From contig JADGIF010000255.1 in assembly GCA_018985225.1 (NCBI GenBank), positions 1 through 12,663 on the forward strand: a DNA stretch of 12,663 bases, written 5' to 3'. The DNA comes from Amoeboradix gromovi X-113 (Eukaryota; Fungi; Sanchytriomycota). How positions within the stretch are numbered: the stretch's first letter is position 1; the number at the start of each line of letters is the position of its first letter. The translations under genes were made by a program, and so were the position numbers. The notes beneath the pieces were generated by a model. It was not told the origin of the DNA and made no database searches. It worked only from the letters and a program-made list of their open reading frames with translations. Positions 1 to 8,623 of the stretch are shown here, piece after piece.

Positions 1-239
1 ACCTGGTTATCGTTCTGAGATGTGACAATTCGATTCTGCATGACAGAATGACTAAAAGATCGTACTCTGCTTTAAAGATTACAGAAAACATTACAGCCGA
101 GATCATGCAGGTAATTTTAGAGGAAGCTAGAGAGTTGTTTCCAGAAGTTAAAGAATTAAATAGCAACTCAAAAGATGATCAAAACAAAAATATAGATTAT
201 GTAATGAACTGGGTTGCTAACTTTAATAAAAACGAATAA
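1..239 (+). CDS. FAP7: Adenylate kinase 6 / Fap7 (40S maturation ATPase), 3' part; gene starts before the window
   Basis: Frame is open from base 3: LVIVLRCDNSILHDRMTKRSYSALKITENITAEIMQVILEEARE...NIDYVMNW. This matches the Fap7/AK6 C-terminal pattern LVVVLRCDNS.LY.RL..RGY...KI.EN..AEI. The ATG at 48 is internal. Confidence 0.9.
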   Translation, partial: LVIVLRCDNSILHDRMTKRSYSALKITENITAEIMQVILEEARELFPEVKELNSNSKDDQNKNIDYVMNWVANFNKNE

Positions 240-575
240 CTTGTAACATTTATTTTTATATCTCTTGCATTGTAACTTCGACATGATTAAAAACTACTTT
301 CTTCAGGAATAAGCAAAAGCATAGTTATTTTGCCAACGCACGCGCTTGTTTCTTGTTTGAAATGCTATAATTGCCAATGCTGTAGTTCTTATGGGTACCG
401 TAACCACAATTAATCACTTTTTATCACAATCTAATTTGATATGTGCGCCTACTGTAAAACTCTAAGCCGATCCCTTCGCAAAATGATTTCGCTGAAAATA
501 AGCTTCAATGGTGTCATCAGATCACACATCAGTTTTTGTGACTGATTGTACAAACTCCGTTCATTTATTACAGGG

Positions 576-2039
576 ATGTCACAAAAGAAATCTTCAATGG
601 TTAATGATGAAATGATACCGACAATGTCTCTTTCAGGTGGAATCGCAATGGTAGCCGGAACAATGATAGGGAGTGGAATTTTTGGAACGCCATCACTGAT
701 ATTACGGGATATTGAAAGCATTGGTGTCAGTTTATTGTTATGGGCGGCCGCCGGTCTCATAGCAATGTTCGCTGCTGCTGCTTATGTTGAATGGGGTATG
801 ATTTTCCCTAGATCTGGTGGTGAACAAACTTACCTGGCGTACAGCTTTAGAAAACCAAAGCATTTTGTTGCATTTGTCTTTTGCATTAGTAGCATCATAC
901 TAATTAGACCCGGTCAATTAGCTGCTATTGTTATGACAGGCTCTAAAAACCTTGTTCATGGCCTAGTAAGTTTTAAACTCATTAGCTTTGATGGTCCGGA
1001 AGATCTTGTCATACAAATTACCGCCAATGTGATTGTTTTGCTAATGACTGTTGTTAATATATACAAAGCAGAACTAGCTTTGAAAATACAGAGCATTCTG
1101 ACATATGTAAAGTTTGTGATTCTTCTTGGTCTTTGTCTTGGAGGCGTTGCAGCAATATTGGGCTACGCTAACGAGCCAGTTCATTTTGATCCATCTAATC
1201 TCTTTGGAAAATATACTACAGATCCATCTAAATATGCGAGTGCTCTGTTTAACTTGTTGTGGGTTTTCGACGGTTGGAACAATTTAAATTATGCAATCGG
1301 AGAAATGCAGAATCCTAAAAAAGACTTTCCTCGTGCTGTGTTCATTGGTGTGACGATGGTTAGTTGTAGTTATTTCGTATGTAATATCTTTTATTATACT
1401 GTTTTGCCGTACAACTTGATTATTGGAAGCGAAGACATGATTGCTGCGCTTTATGGCGAGCGAGTATTTGGCGATATAATAGGAAACAGAGTGACTCCGA
1501 TCCTCGTATTCCTTAGTTGTTATGGTGCTGCCGATGCCACTTTATTCTCAAGTTCACGATTATTGCACTCTGCTGCTACTAATGGTATCATACCATTCGA
1601 TGGAGTATTTAAGAAGATTAATAAGCATTTCCAGACACCTGTGAACGCATTACTACTAAACTGGCTATTCACCACGCTGTTGATTAACATGCCTGTTAGT
1701 GGAAATGCATTTGAATTCTTCATTCAGCTGGTTAGTTACCCAATGTGGATATTTTATGGGCTAACAGTACTTGGTTTAGTTATATTAAGATACCAAGAGC
1801 CATATCTGTTAAGACCATTTAAAGTACCTATACTGTGTGCAATCATAGTGCTTGCTGCGAGTGTATTTCTCCTGGTATTTCCATTGCTGGGTGAGAATCT
1901 TGTTGCTTCATTGGCATCACTGGGTGCCTTGTTAATATGCGGAATAATGTATCTGCCAATGAGGACGAAACTAATGAATAATTTCACATTTAATTTTAGC
2001 GATTCTGCAAGTGATAATGAAGTAATTGTATATGATTAA
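576..2039 (+). CDS. APC-superfamily L-type amino acid transporter (SLC7/LAT, Mup1-like permease)
   Basis: TM1 motif GTMIGSGIF, AYVEWG...PRSGGEQTYL, FDGWNNLNYAIGEMQNPKKDFPRA, TPVNALL, and about 12 hydrophobic segments. First in-frame ATG is 576 (the track's 546 start is TTG); 597 is an alternative. AATAAA overlaps the stop. Confidence 0.93.
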   Translation: MSQKKSSMVNDEMIPTMSLSGGIAMVAGTMIGSGIFGTPSLILRDIESIGVSLLLWAAAGLIAMFAAAAYVEWGMIFPRSGGEQTYLAYSFRKPKHFVAFVFCISSIILIRPGQLAAIVMTGSKNLVHGLVSFKLISFDGPEDLVIQITANVIVLLMTVVNIYKAELALKIQSILTYVKFVILLGLCLGGVAAILGYANEPVHFDPSNLFGKYTTDPSKYASALFNLLWVFDGWNNLNYAIGEMQNPKKDFPRAVFIGVTMVSCSYFVCNIFYYTVLPYNLIIGSEDMIAALYGERVFGDIIGNRVTPILVFLSCYGAADATLFSSSRLLHSAATNGIIPFDGVFKKINKHFQTPVNALLLNWLFTTLLINMPVSGNAFEFFIQLVSYPMWIFYGLTVLGLVILRYQEPYLLRPFKVPILCAIIVLAASVFLLVFPLLGENLVASLASLGALLICGIMYLPMRTKLMNNFTFNFSDSASDNEVIVYD

Positions 2040-2108
2040 TAAACCAATTTTAAATTACGAAATCAGCAATTTTCAAGTTTAGAGTATTAAATTTAAAACT
2101 TTTATTTT

Positions 2109-2321
2109 TCACAATGCTCTATGATGGGGAGATCTATGGTATCTCAACTTATGCTTCAACTTACTCATCCACACAGAGAGTATCCCACCCTTCATTGCTC
2201 CTTTTGTTCTATGATCAGGATGAGATGCATATCCGGCTGCTGCACCCAAGGCTGCTGCATTATGATTATTTGGTCTATTTTGGTGAGACGGATTCTGGTG
2301 CTGATGTCTTAATAGTGGCAT
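2109..2321 (-). CDS. Small His-rich hypothetical protein (70 aa) with glycine-zipper-like AAALGAAAGYA...GAMKGG segment
   Basis: ATG-initiated ORF with biased composition. TGA is immediately followed by AAAATAAA, as in the conserved genes here. No recognisable family. Confidence 0.5.
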   Translation of the reverse strand: MPLLRHQHQNPSHQNRPNNHNAAALGAAAGYASHPDHRTKGAMKGGILSVWMSKLKHKLRYHRSPHHRAL

Positions 2322-3144
2322 TGATATTTAAGAATGTGGTCTGTTTGTTTTTATACAAAAAATTAGAGGCAATGCTTTGTATACAAAACATGTTCCTCTA
2401 AATTTCGAGAAAAACGATTATAATATTACGCCATTAACACCTGCAAATGAGCAACTGCTCTATCAATGGTTAAGGGTATAGCGATGGCTGTATAACCATA
2501 ATTTCGTTACGATGTGGTACTTTATTACAATTTCATTTATTTCTCCAACCTGCAAGTCTGAATAGGTAGGTCATTTCTTCTAGTCTACCCGTCTATATTT
2601 GTACGCAGAAACTAGTATTAATCATATTCAGCTCCAAGTAGCTGCTGTACCTTGCATAACAATTTTGACGCATACTTGATCGTGGTTGTAAAACTAGTAA
2701 ACCAGTATCAGGTATCATAGCCAGCATTCTGCTGACGAAACACATTGGTATCCATCAATTTTTAGAGACTTTACACTCATCTCATGAATAGTCTTGCGGC
2801 TTAAAATTCCTAGCATTTCAACTTACTTTCTAAGCGTCGCGTGGTACGACATCAAATGAACCTTGGCTTAACCATGTAAATAGTTGATCCGATACTCATG
2901 TGATATCATAACTCTCCAAATAGACTATGACTTCTCAACATTTAATGAGACAATCACTGTAATCAAGGGTTATCTCGGAATAACAACGCCACAGTTAGCA
3001 TAGAAATTGTCTTGCGTCATTCTTAAGCAGAGTAAGAAACACCTGATTAGCAACGCCAGCGAGAATGGAGTTTTGTTGAGTGTTTCAAAGACAACCCCCA
3101 ATCTGTAACTGGGAATATATGGCAATATTAGGAGAGCCTCCTTG

Positions 3145-3573
3145 ATGCTCCTTCTGATTGCGTTGTTCTTTACTACTCCAATTCCTAAAGAATGTGGTGC
3201 AAGATGTAAAGCCAAGTGGGCACTTGCAGGACTTACTACTGGTGCCGGTCTATCTTTGGCTTACGCACATAAGCATCCGGGAGAGGTTCAGAAATATGCA
3301 GAGATACTAAGTAATCAAAAAAAATTGTTATATCGTAAATTTCCGCCCCTCAAAACGGCTACTAACAGCGTTCAAGAAAAGTCTGGAAAAATCTGGGGTA
3401 GTCCTCATATAGAAAGTCTTCGCAGCCATGTTAGGGGGGCAGGAAGAGATACAGTAAATGCTGTGAAATCTGGATTTGAACATGTACAGCCTGCGGTATC
3501 AAGTGGCTGGGAAACACTGAAGTCTCAATTATATAAACTTTTTGGCTGGTTTGGAAAAACTGCCATAGTCTGA
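3145..3573 (+). CDS. Hypothetical secreted or membrane-associated protein (142 aa)
   Basis: Hydrophobic N-terminus MLLLIALFFTT, a CxxxC pair, a Gly/Ala-rich hydrophobic stretch (WALAGLTTGAGLSLAYA) and an amphipathic-looking C-terminus. TGA overlaps AATAAA. ATG is at 3145 (track start 3142 is TTG). Confidence 0.7.
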   Translation: MLLLIALFFTTPIPKECGARCKAKWALAGLTTGAGLSLAYAHKHPGEVQKYAEILSNQKKLLYRKFPPLKTATNSVQEKSGKIWGSPHIESLRSHVRGAGRDTVNAVKSGFEHVQPAVSSGWETLKSQLYKLFGWFGKTAIV

Positions 3574-3743
3574 ATAAATATGATCAATTGCTATTCTTTA
3601 GCTACTTTTACCGGCGCTTTGGGTTTACCAATCAGACTTGGTTGGCTGACAAATAGTGAGAAATATTCGTAAGGGTTGTTCTAAATTGCCAATGGAATGT
3701 TCGACAAACTATAAAAAGTAAAGCCGATCCATAAAATAGAAAG

Positions 3744-4463
3744 ATGAGCGTCTCTGATACTGGGTCCTTGGTAACTTTAAATGAGTTGTCAGTCATTAAC
3801 AGTTTTGAGTTAGTCCATCCACAATCTGGAGTGTGGTATAGCTCTGAAGTTGATTTAGGTGTCCAATCGAGTTTCTGGGGCACATACCATTCTAAAGAGA
3901 GCGTATCTCATGTAACGAATACAATGAAGCAGGCCGACACTCAGACAATACTAGAAGATATTGTATCCCAGTTGGAAACAGCAGAAACTGCTTCAAAACT
4001 ATGGACGATACAAGAGGATATCCCCTCAATTAAATGGGTGACATCAAGCGTCCCAAGAATAGATGAATTTTATACTACCAGCACACCAGATATGATGCAG
4101 TCGGAAGGATTCGAATCAGCCAACAGTACCCAAGCACTATTGATGTCCGAAAACTTGACTAAGATGTCAGGCTCCCCGTCTCATGAAGAGATGTCGGCAG
4201 GCTTGTACTCGACCAATGCAATCCCATCTTTAGCTGGATTCACATCAGCCAAATCATTACCAACTAGATCATCATATTTTGCACCAATTGGTACTGCTAC
4301 TAATGTGGAAGAATCTTCTGAGGCAGCTGTAAGGACCACTGCTGATATTGTATTATCACACTTCAATGAGTTCTCAACCACATCCATCTTGATACAGAAT
4401 CAGAATAGCAGTTCTTTGCTCTTTAAATTTCAAGTATTGATTTTAACTGCATTTCTTATATAA
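3744..4463 (+). CDS. Ser/Thr-rich hypothetical protein with C-terminal GPI-anchor-like hydrophobic tail; 5' end uncertain
   Basis: 239-aa ORF rich in S/T/E, ending NSSSLLFKFQVLILTAFLI*. AATAAA lies 13 nt after the stop. No signal peptide in this ORF (see findings). Confidence 0.65.
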   Translation: MSVSDTGSLVTLNELSVINSFELVHPQSGVWYSSEVDLGVQSSFWGTYHSKESVSHVTNTMKQADTQTILEDIVSQLETAETASKLWTIQEDIPSIKWVTSSVPRIDEFYTTSTPDMMQSEGFESANSTQALLMSENLTKMSGSPSHEEMSAGLYSTNAIPSLAGFTSAKSLPTRSSYFAPIGTATNVEESSEAAVRTTADIVLSHFNEFSTTSILIQNQNSSSLLFKFQVLILTAFLI

Positions 4464-4531
4464 ATTGGTGAAAGGAATAAATTATATTTATAAAAACATT
4501 CTGCAAATCTCAAATTTTAATTTATTATTTA

Positions 4532-5215
4532 TCAGCAGCGCTCAAAGCAGTAATTAAGGCAGCCGACGCAGCCTAGAGTAGCGCTAGATAAAGCAAAAGC
4601 TGCACCATCTAATGATAAAGACAGTCCTAGAGAAAACCAAAAAAACTCAGATATAAGATGGCTAGCCCCGTGTCCAGCAGCAAGAGCCCCAAACGCCACT
4701 TTGCCAAAGTGAATAGCTAACACTATTCCAGGAACTAAAAATGCGACTGCCATGCAACCTGCAACAGCAGCCATAATACCAAATGCCATGCCAAAATACT
4801 CTCTCTTTTTTAAGTCTCTCTGAATAGAATCAGCACTTGGAGCAGCACAAACAGGAACTCCAATGTTAATTGAAAATCTAGTAACAAGAGCAGTGTCTGC
4901 GTTTAAATTGTCCTGATAACTGCTTTGCAACAATTCGGCTTGTTCTAATAATTCTTTGTGGCTGTAAATCTCCTTCAATCGCTTACTAAAAACTCCATTT
5001 AACTGATCAATCAACTCTTTATTACCTATTTTACTAAAGCAGTTGGTGGCCGCGGAATCCATCATACATTCCAAAAAGGACCTTTTTTCATTAAATGACG
5101 GGATTGCAAACTGCTGTTTTAATAGTTCCTCTACTCTGAGAGCAACAGTAGAGTAAGCACTACGTCTACTGATTGCACCCACAATTGCGCAAGCAAGACT
5201 GATAACAATTAACAT
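4532..5215 (-). CDS. Hypothetical pre-pro secreted/membrane protein, paralog 1 (signal peptide, pro-domain, KKR, two hydrophobic helices)
   Basis: Aligns by eye with 5523..6173 along its length. Start placed at 5215 (MLIVISLACA) because both paralogs share CCCTGAAATGTT around this ATG; 5236 is the alternative. Confidence 0.8.
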   Translation of the reverse strand: MLIVISLACAIVGAISRRSAYSTVALRVEELLKQQFAIPSFNEKRSFLECMMDSAATNCFSKIGNKELIDQLNGVFSKRLKEIYSHKELLEQAELLQSSYQDNLNADTALVTRFSINIGVPVCAAPSADSIQRDLKKREYFGMAFGIMAAVAGCMAVAFLVPGIVLAIHFGKVAFGALAAGHGASHLISEFFWFSLGLSLSLDGAAFALSSATLGCVGCLNYCFERC

Positions 5216-5522
5216 TTCAGGGAGTTTCTGTAGCATTTGTATATCGCAATACTAATCCAGCATTGCACCATAAAAACATCCGTCCATCAAAAATTACAAT
5301 TCGATCTCAGAATTGAAGGACAAAATCATGTAGCGCGTTAAATCTTTGTAAATATAGAGACATATGAACAGCGTATAAACTGCTACTATCATATTTTAGA
5401 TAAATTTCAGCTAAGACAATGCACAGCCAAAGCTGCTGAAGGATAGAAATAGCTGCAGAACGCGCTAAATCATTACAAGTAAAGAGAAAAATGTTCCAAA
5501 ATGTTCGGAAATTGACCAAATC

Positions 5523-6173
5523 TTAAGATAGTTTTAAGTGTTGTTCTCTATCATAAAACTCGCAGCAAAAAAGCAGAGCACCAACAGCAGCAAAAGTTCC
5601 ACCATATAAATACAAAACCAAACCTAGGGCAAACCAAAATAATTCAGAAACAAGACGAAGGTACTCGTGTTCGGCAGCAAGATTTCCAAATCCAGCGTAA
5701 TTAACGTTGAAAACCAATGGGAATCCCAGAGCTAGTAATGCAGCTGCAATACAGCTTATTCCAACAGCTGCAACGCCATAAATGGCTCTCTTCTTTAATC
5801 TTCTATCCATATATATTGCATTTGGGGCACCGCTCTCAATTCCAAACTTTTTATTTAATACTTCGACTGGAAAAGGTAAAGTAGAATCATGTTCTTGGGC
5901 TAGCTGTACTAAATTGCCATTAGTGTATATTACTTCTAAATCTTCAAACAAATCACCTACATCGTTTGATCCCCTAATTAATTTAGACAATTCAACCATA
6001 TCAAAACAATTCGATGCTTGCAGATCAATCATACATTTATAAAATAAGCCCAAATCCTTGACAGTTGGTTCTGTAACATATGGAATCAACAATTTCCTTG
6101 CCTCAGCAGCAGCTGTATGGTAAGCAGTATTGTCGCCATTTGCACACAGAAGTACCACAAAACCCATCAACAT
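5523..6173 (-). CDS. Hypothetical pre-pro secreted/membrane protein, paralog 2
   Basis: MLMGFVVLLCA signal-like start. Motifs shared with paralog 1: AY.T.A, F..CM.D..A.NCF, LKKR, FG.LAA.H....L.SE.FWF.LGL.L.L.G..FA. Confidence 0.8.
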   Translation of the reverse strand: MLMGFVVLLCANGDNTAYHTAAAEARKLLIPYVTEPTVKDLGLFYKCMIDLQASNCFDMVELSKLIRGSNDVGDLFEDLEVIYTNGNLVQLAQEHDSTLPFPVEVLNKKFGIESGAPNAIYMDRRLKKRAIYGVAAVGISCIAAALLALGFPLVFNVNYAGFGNLAAEHEYLRLVSELFWFALGLVLYLYGGTFAAVGALLFCCEFYDREQHLKLS

Positions 6174-6826
6174 TTCAGGGGGATTTCCTTGAGGATCCTA
6201 AATACTCCCTGCAAAAAAAATTGGAACCGCTTTGTGAAAAGCAGTTTTGGGGTAACTAGGATGACAAATGATTAAGAATTTAGAATTACTAAGGATAAAA
6301 AAAAGATATCAAAAAGGCTTTCGGGGACCATTGCATATAAGTGCAATTAGAACCTCTTTCCTAGTTTCCCGGAAACTCAAAAGTGATCGATAGCGGTATT
6401 TAACCACGCTTCCACTGAGATGGGATTGAACGGTGGTGCATGTATATCAAGTATATGCTTCTTATTGCCTTATAACATAAACCCCTAACTGACTTCTTAA
6501 ATAATAATGGTAGCTCAGAAGTCAATACAATATGCTGAGATGTTTAAAATCGCTCAGCCAATGGGAACAAAATGTTGGCTATGAAAGAGTTTGTGGCCCG
6601 AGAGCCTCTTTTTGCATTTTGGATAAGGCTGACGAAGATGATAAATTACCAAGAGACTTAATCATGGTCTACAAGGAATACTTTTGTACGCGCTTTGTAT
6701 AAAGACATTTGTGTATCAGCTAAATCTATAGTTTCTATTTTGTATCCAGCTTGTTCTACTTATCTGGGCATTTGCCATGTTGCGCTTTAGCGGCAAATAT
6801 AAGCTGAAACAAAAATATAGACTGCA

Positions 6827-8123
6827 ATGGATGCATTATATTTATCGCACTTACCTACAAAAGTTGATGTTTTTGATGAGCTGCTAAGCTCCATAATAAA
6901 GGAACCACACAATGTAATAGTTAGAATGGAATGGATGGATTTACTAGAGATAGTCTTTCCAATTAATTTCAAAACAGGCCTGGTGAAAGCAGTTGAGGAT
7001 ATGATACTAGCTAAGCAAATTGAGGGTAAAATTGTTAGCAACCATTTGCTACTTGTTAATCCAGACAATGAAATTGAAAGGTGTAGCACAATTATTACGG
7101 AGCTTCAATATGAAACAGACCCGTCTATTCAAAGCGACTGCGAATTGCTAACTCAGTACTATCAGAGCATATTAGATAAATTAAAATGGTTCCAGTCCGA
7201 TAATGATTCAGAGGTAGACTGTTTACACATAAAAGTCTTGTCGAGAACATTATTTGCATCCCGCCTTGGCAATTGCTCAATTAAGGAAATCAGATCAGTG
7301 TTTCAGCAATTTGGATTCATTGATAAAATGGATTATGACCATTCCAAGCGAAGATGTTTTATCAAGTTCCGATATCGAAAAGCGGTCGAACTGGCTATGA
7401 AGTCTGAACTGAAAATGGGCGAACAGTGTATTTTATTGCGGTATGCATGGCCTTTTGGTACCAAATACTTATTTAGGACCACAGGATGACTTCAATTATG
7501 AAAAAGGATATTCAATTTCACATATTTCTCGATTAACTCAACTTGATAAGAAAATATTAACTGTCAGTAAGCACGCGGGGATTACAGGTCCTTTTAGAGG
7601 TGGACTTACCGTTGAAGAGCCGTTTATTCACACTTTTATATCTCAACAATATCCTTCCAAGGACTTATTTAACTTCAAAAAGGCTGTTGACTGGTCTACC
7701 AACACAGAAAAACAGATTGATGTGCAACCGGTAATCAAGTCTCTGATTGTGTTGTCCCGATCTTTGTATATTGGAAATATTTTAAATTCGAGTGCAACAG
7801 AATTGTACCAATATTTTTCGCATTATGCTGCTGTCGAGACACTGGAATACAAACCTAATAAACAATGCTGCTTCTTAAAACTAAGAACAAGAGCTATGAC
7901 TGAATACTTGTTTGATAAATGCCATTTGCAAATTTATAAAAACAGCGTGTTAAAGATAGGGTGGGCTTGTGGTTATGGCTCCAAAGAATCATTTGATTAC
8001 AAAAATGGAATAAATATTATTCCTTATGATAAGCTAAATGCATCCGAATTGCACCATTTGAAGGTACAGAACCTATCAAATCCGTGCGAAGAGCCATCTT
8101 ATTTTAAAAATAAATACATTTGA
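6827..8123 (+). CDS. Nrd1/Seb1-like RNA-binding protein with two Nrd1-type RRMs; join(6827..7457,7477..8123), 425 aa
   Basis: The spliced product gives IKVLSRTLF...CFIKFRYRK...LRYAWPFGPQDDFNYEKGYSISHISRLTQLDKK...GLTVEEP. This parallels the Nrd1 RRM (SRTLFIG...AFVKVYSR...RWGVGFGPRDCCDYQHGYSIIPMHRLTDADKK...EEP). A second copy follows (LSRSLYIGN...CFLKLRTR...IGWACGYGSKESFDYKNGINIIPYDKL...CEEP). Confidence 0.82.
7458..7476 (+). other. 19-nt GT-AG spliceosomal micro-intron (GTACCAAATACTTATTTAG)
   Basis: Removal joins the two overlapping ORFs in frame and restores the conserved FGP motif (G|GA). Confidence 0.85.
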
Positions 8124-8474
8124 GTAAAAACCGAGAATCAGTTGATGTATTCAAAAATCATGTGTTTTTAACGATACTGCACTGATCAATAAACTCTTTT
8201 TCAAAATTACCGTTTTATTAGAAAATCAAAATTTGCAAAAAATTAACAAAGTCAGTCCACGCGTCACGGTGCTTGCTCACACTTGACTATTAAACGCTTC
8301 ATTATCCTTCATCAATGTCTCTTTCCTTTCTTTGAACAATTGCTCTATTACTTGACCATTTCTAACCATTGAAGAGCCGATGTTCCATGCGTTCTGCCAA
8401 CTATGAACGATCGTTTCTGGATTAGTAACAATATAATTCACCATAATCATATACCTTGACAGTGATTGTAAGTT

Positions 8475-8511
8475 CGAAGTAGTTAGTCGATATTCGGATA
8501 GAACTACTTCG
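8475..8511. repeat. Perfect 10-bp inverted repeat / hairpin (CGAAGTAGTT...AACTACTTCG)
   Basis: Read directly from the sequence; 17-nt spacer; starts about 47 nt downstream of tRNA-Phe copy 1. Confidence 0.7.
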
Positions 8512-8557
8512 TGGGACACGGTTTTACTATTCTCAATTCTCCCTCGCACGTTAAGTA

Positions 8558-8582
8558 TGGGTCTTGGGTGGATCGAACACCC

Positions 8583-8623
<41 letters not shown>

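Noticed and set aside
111-130. 20-nt GT...AG segment in FAP7
   Set aside because: Lacks TACTWAY, and the unspliced translation matches Fap7 through this region.
449-1987. Short antisense ORFs (449..760, 1520..1723, 1754..1987) and similar shadows at 4181, 5782, 6787 and 11208
   Set aside because: Antisense shadows of well-supported genes with no independent evidence.
2520-2820. Fragmentary minus-strand ORFs ending near AATAAA
   Set aside because: Could not be joined into a coherent gene using consensus micro-introns; no recognisable product.
6217-6270. U6 snRNA-like words (AAAATTGGAAC...AGCAGTT...AGGATGAC)
   Set aside because: The invariant ACAGAGA box is absent and the internal stem-loop cannot form; probably coincidence.
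7443-7489. Programmed frameshift between the two overlapping RRM ORFs
   Set aside because: No slippery heptamer is evident; the 19-nt intron resembles the CCT7 intron and restores the motif exactly.
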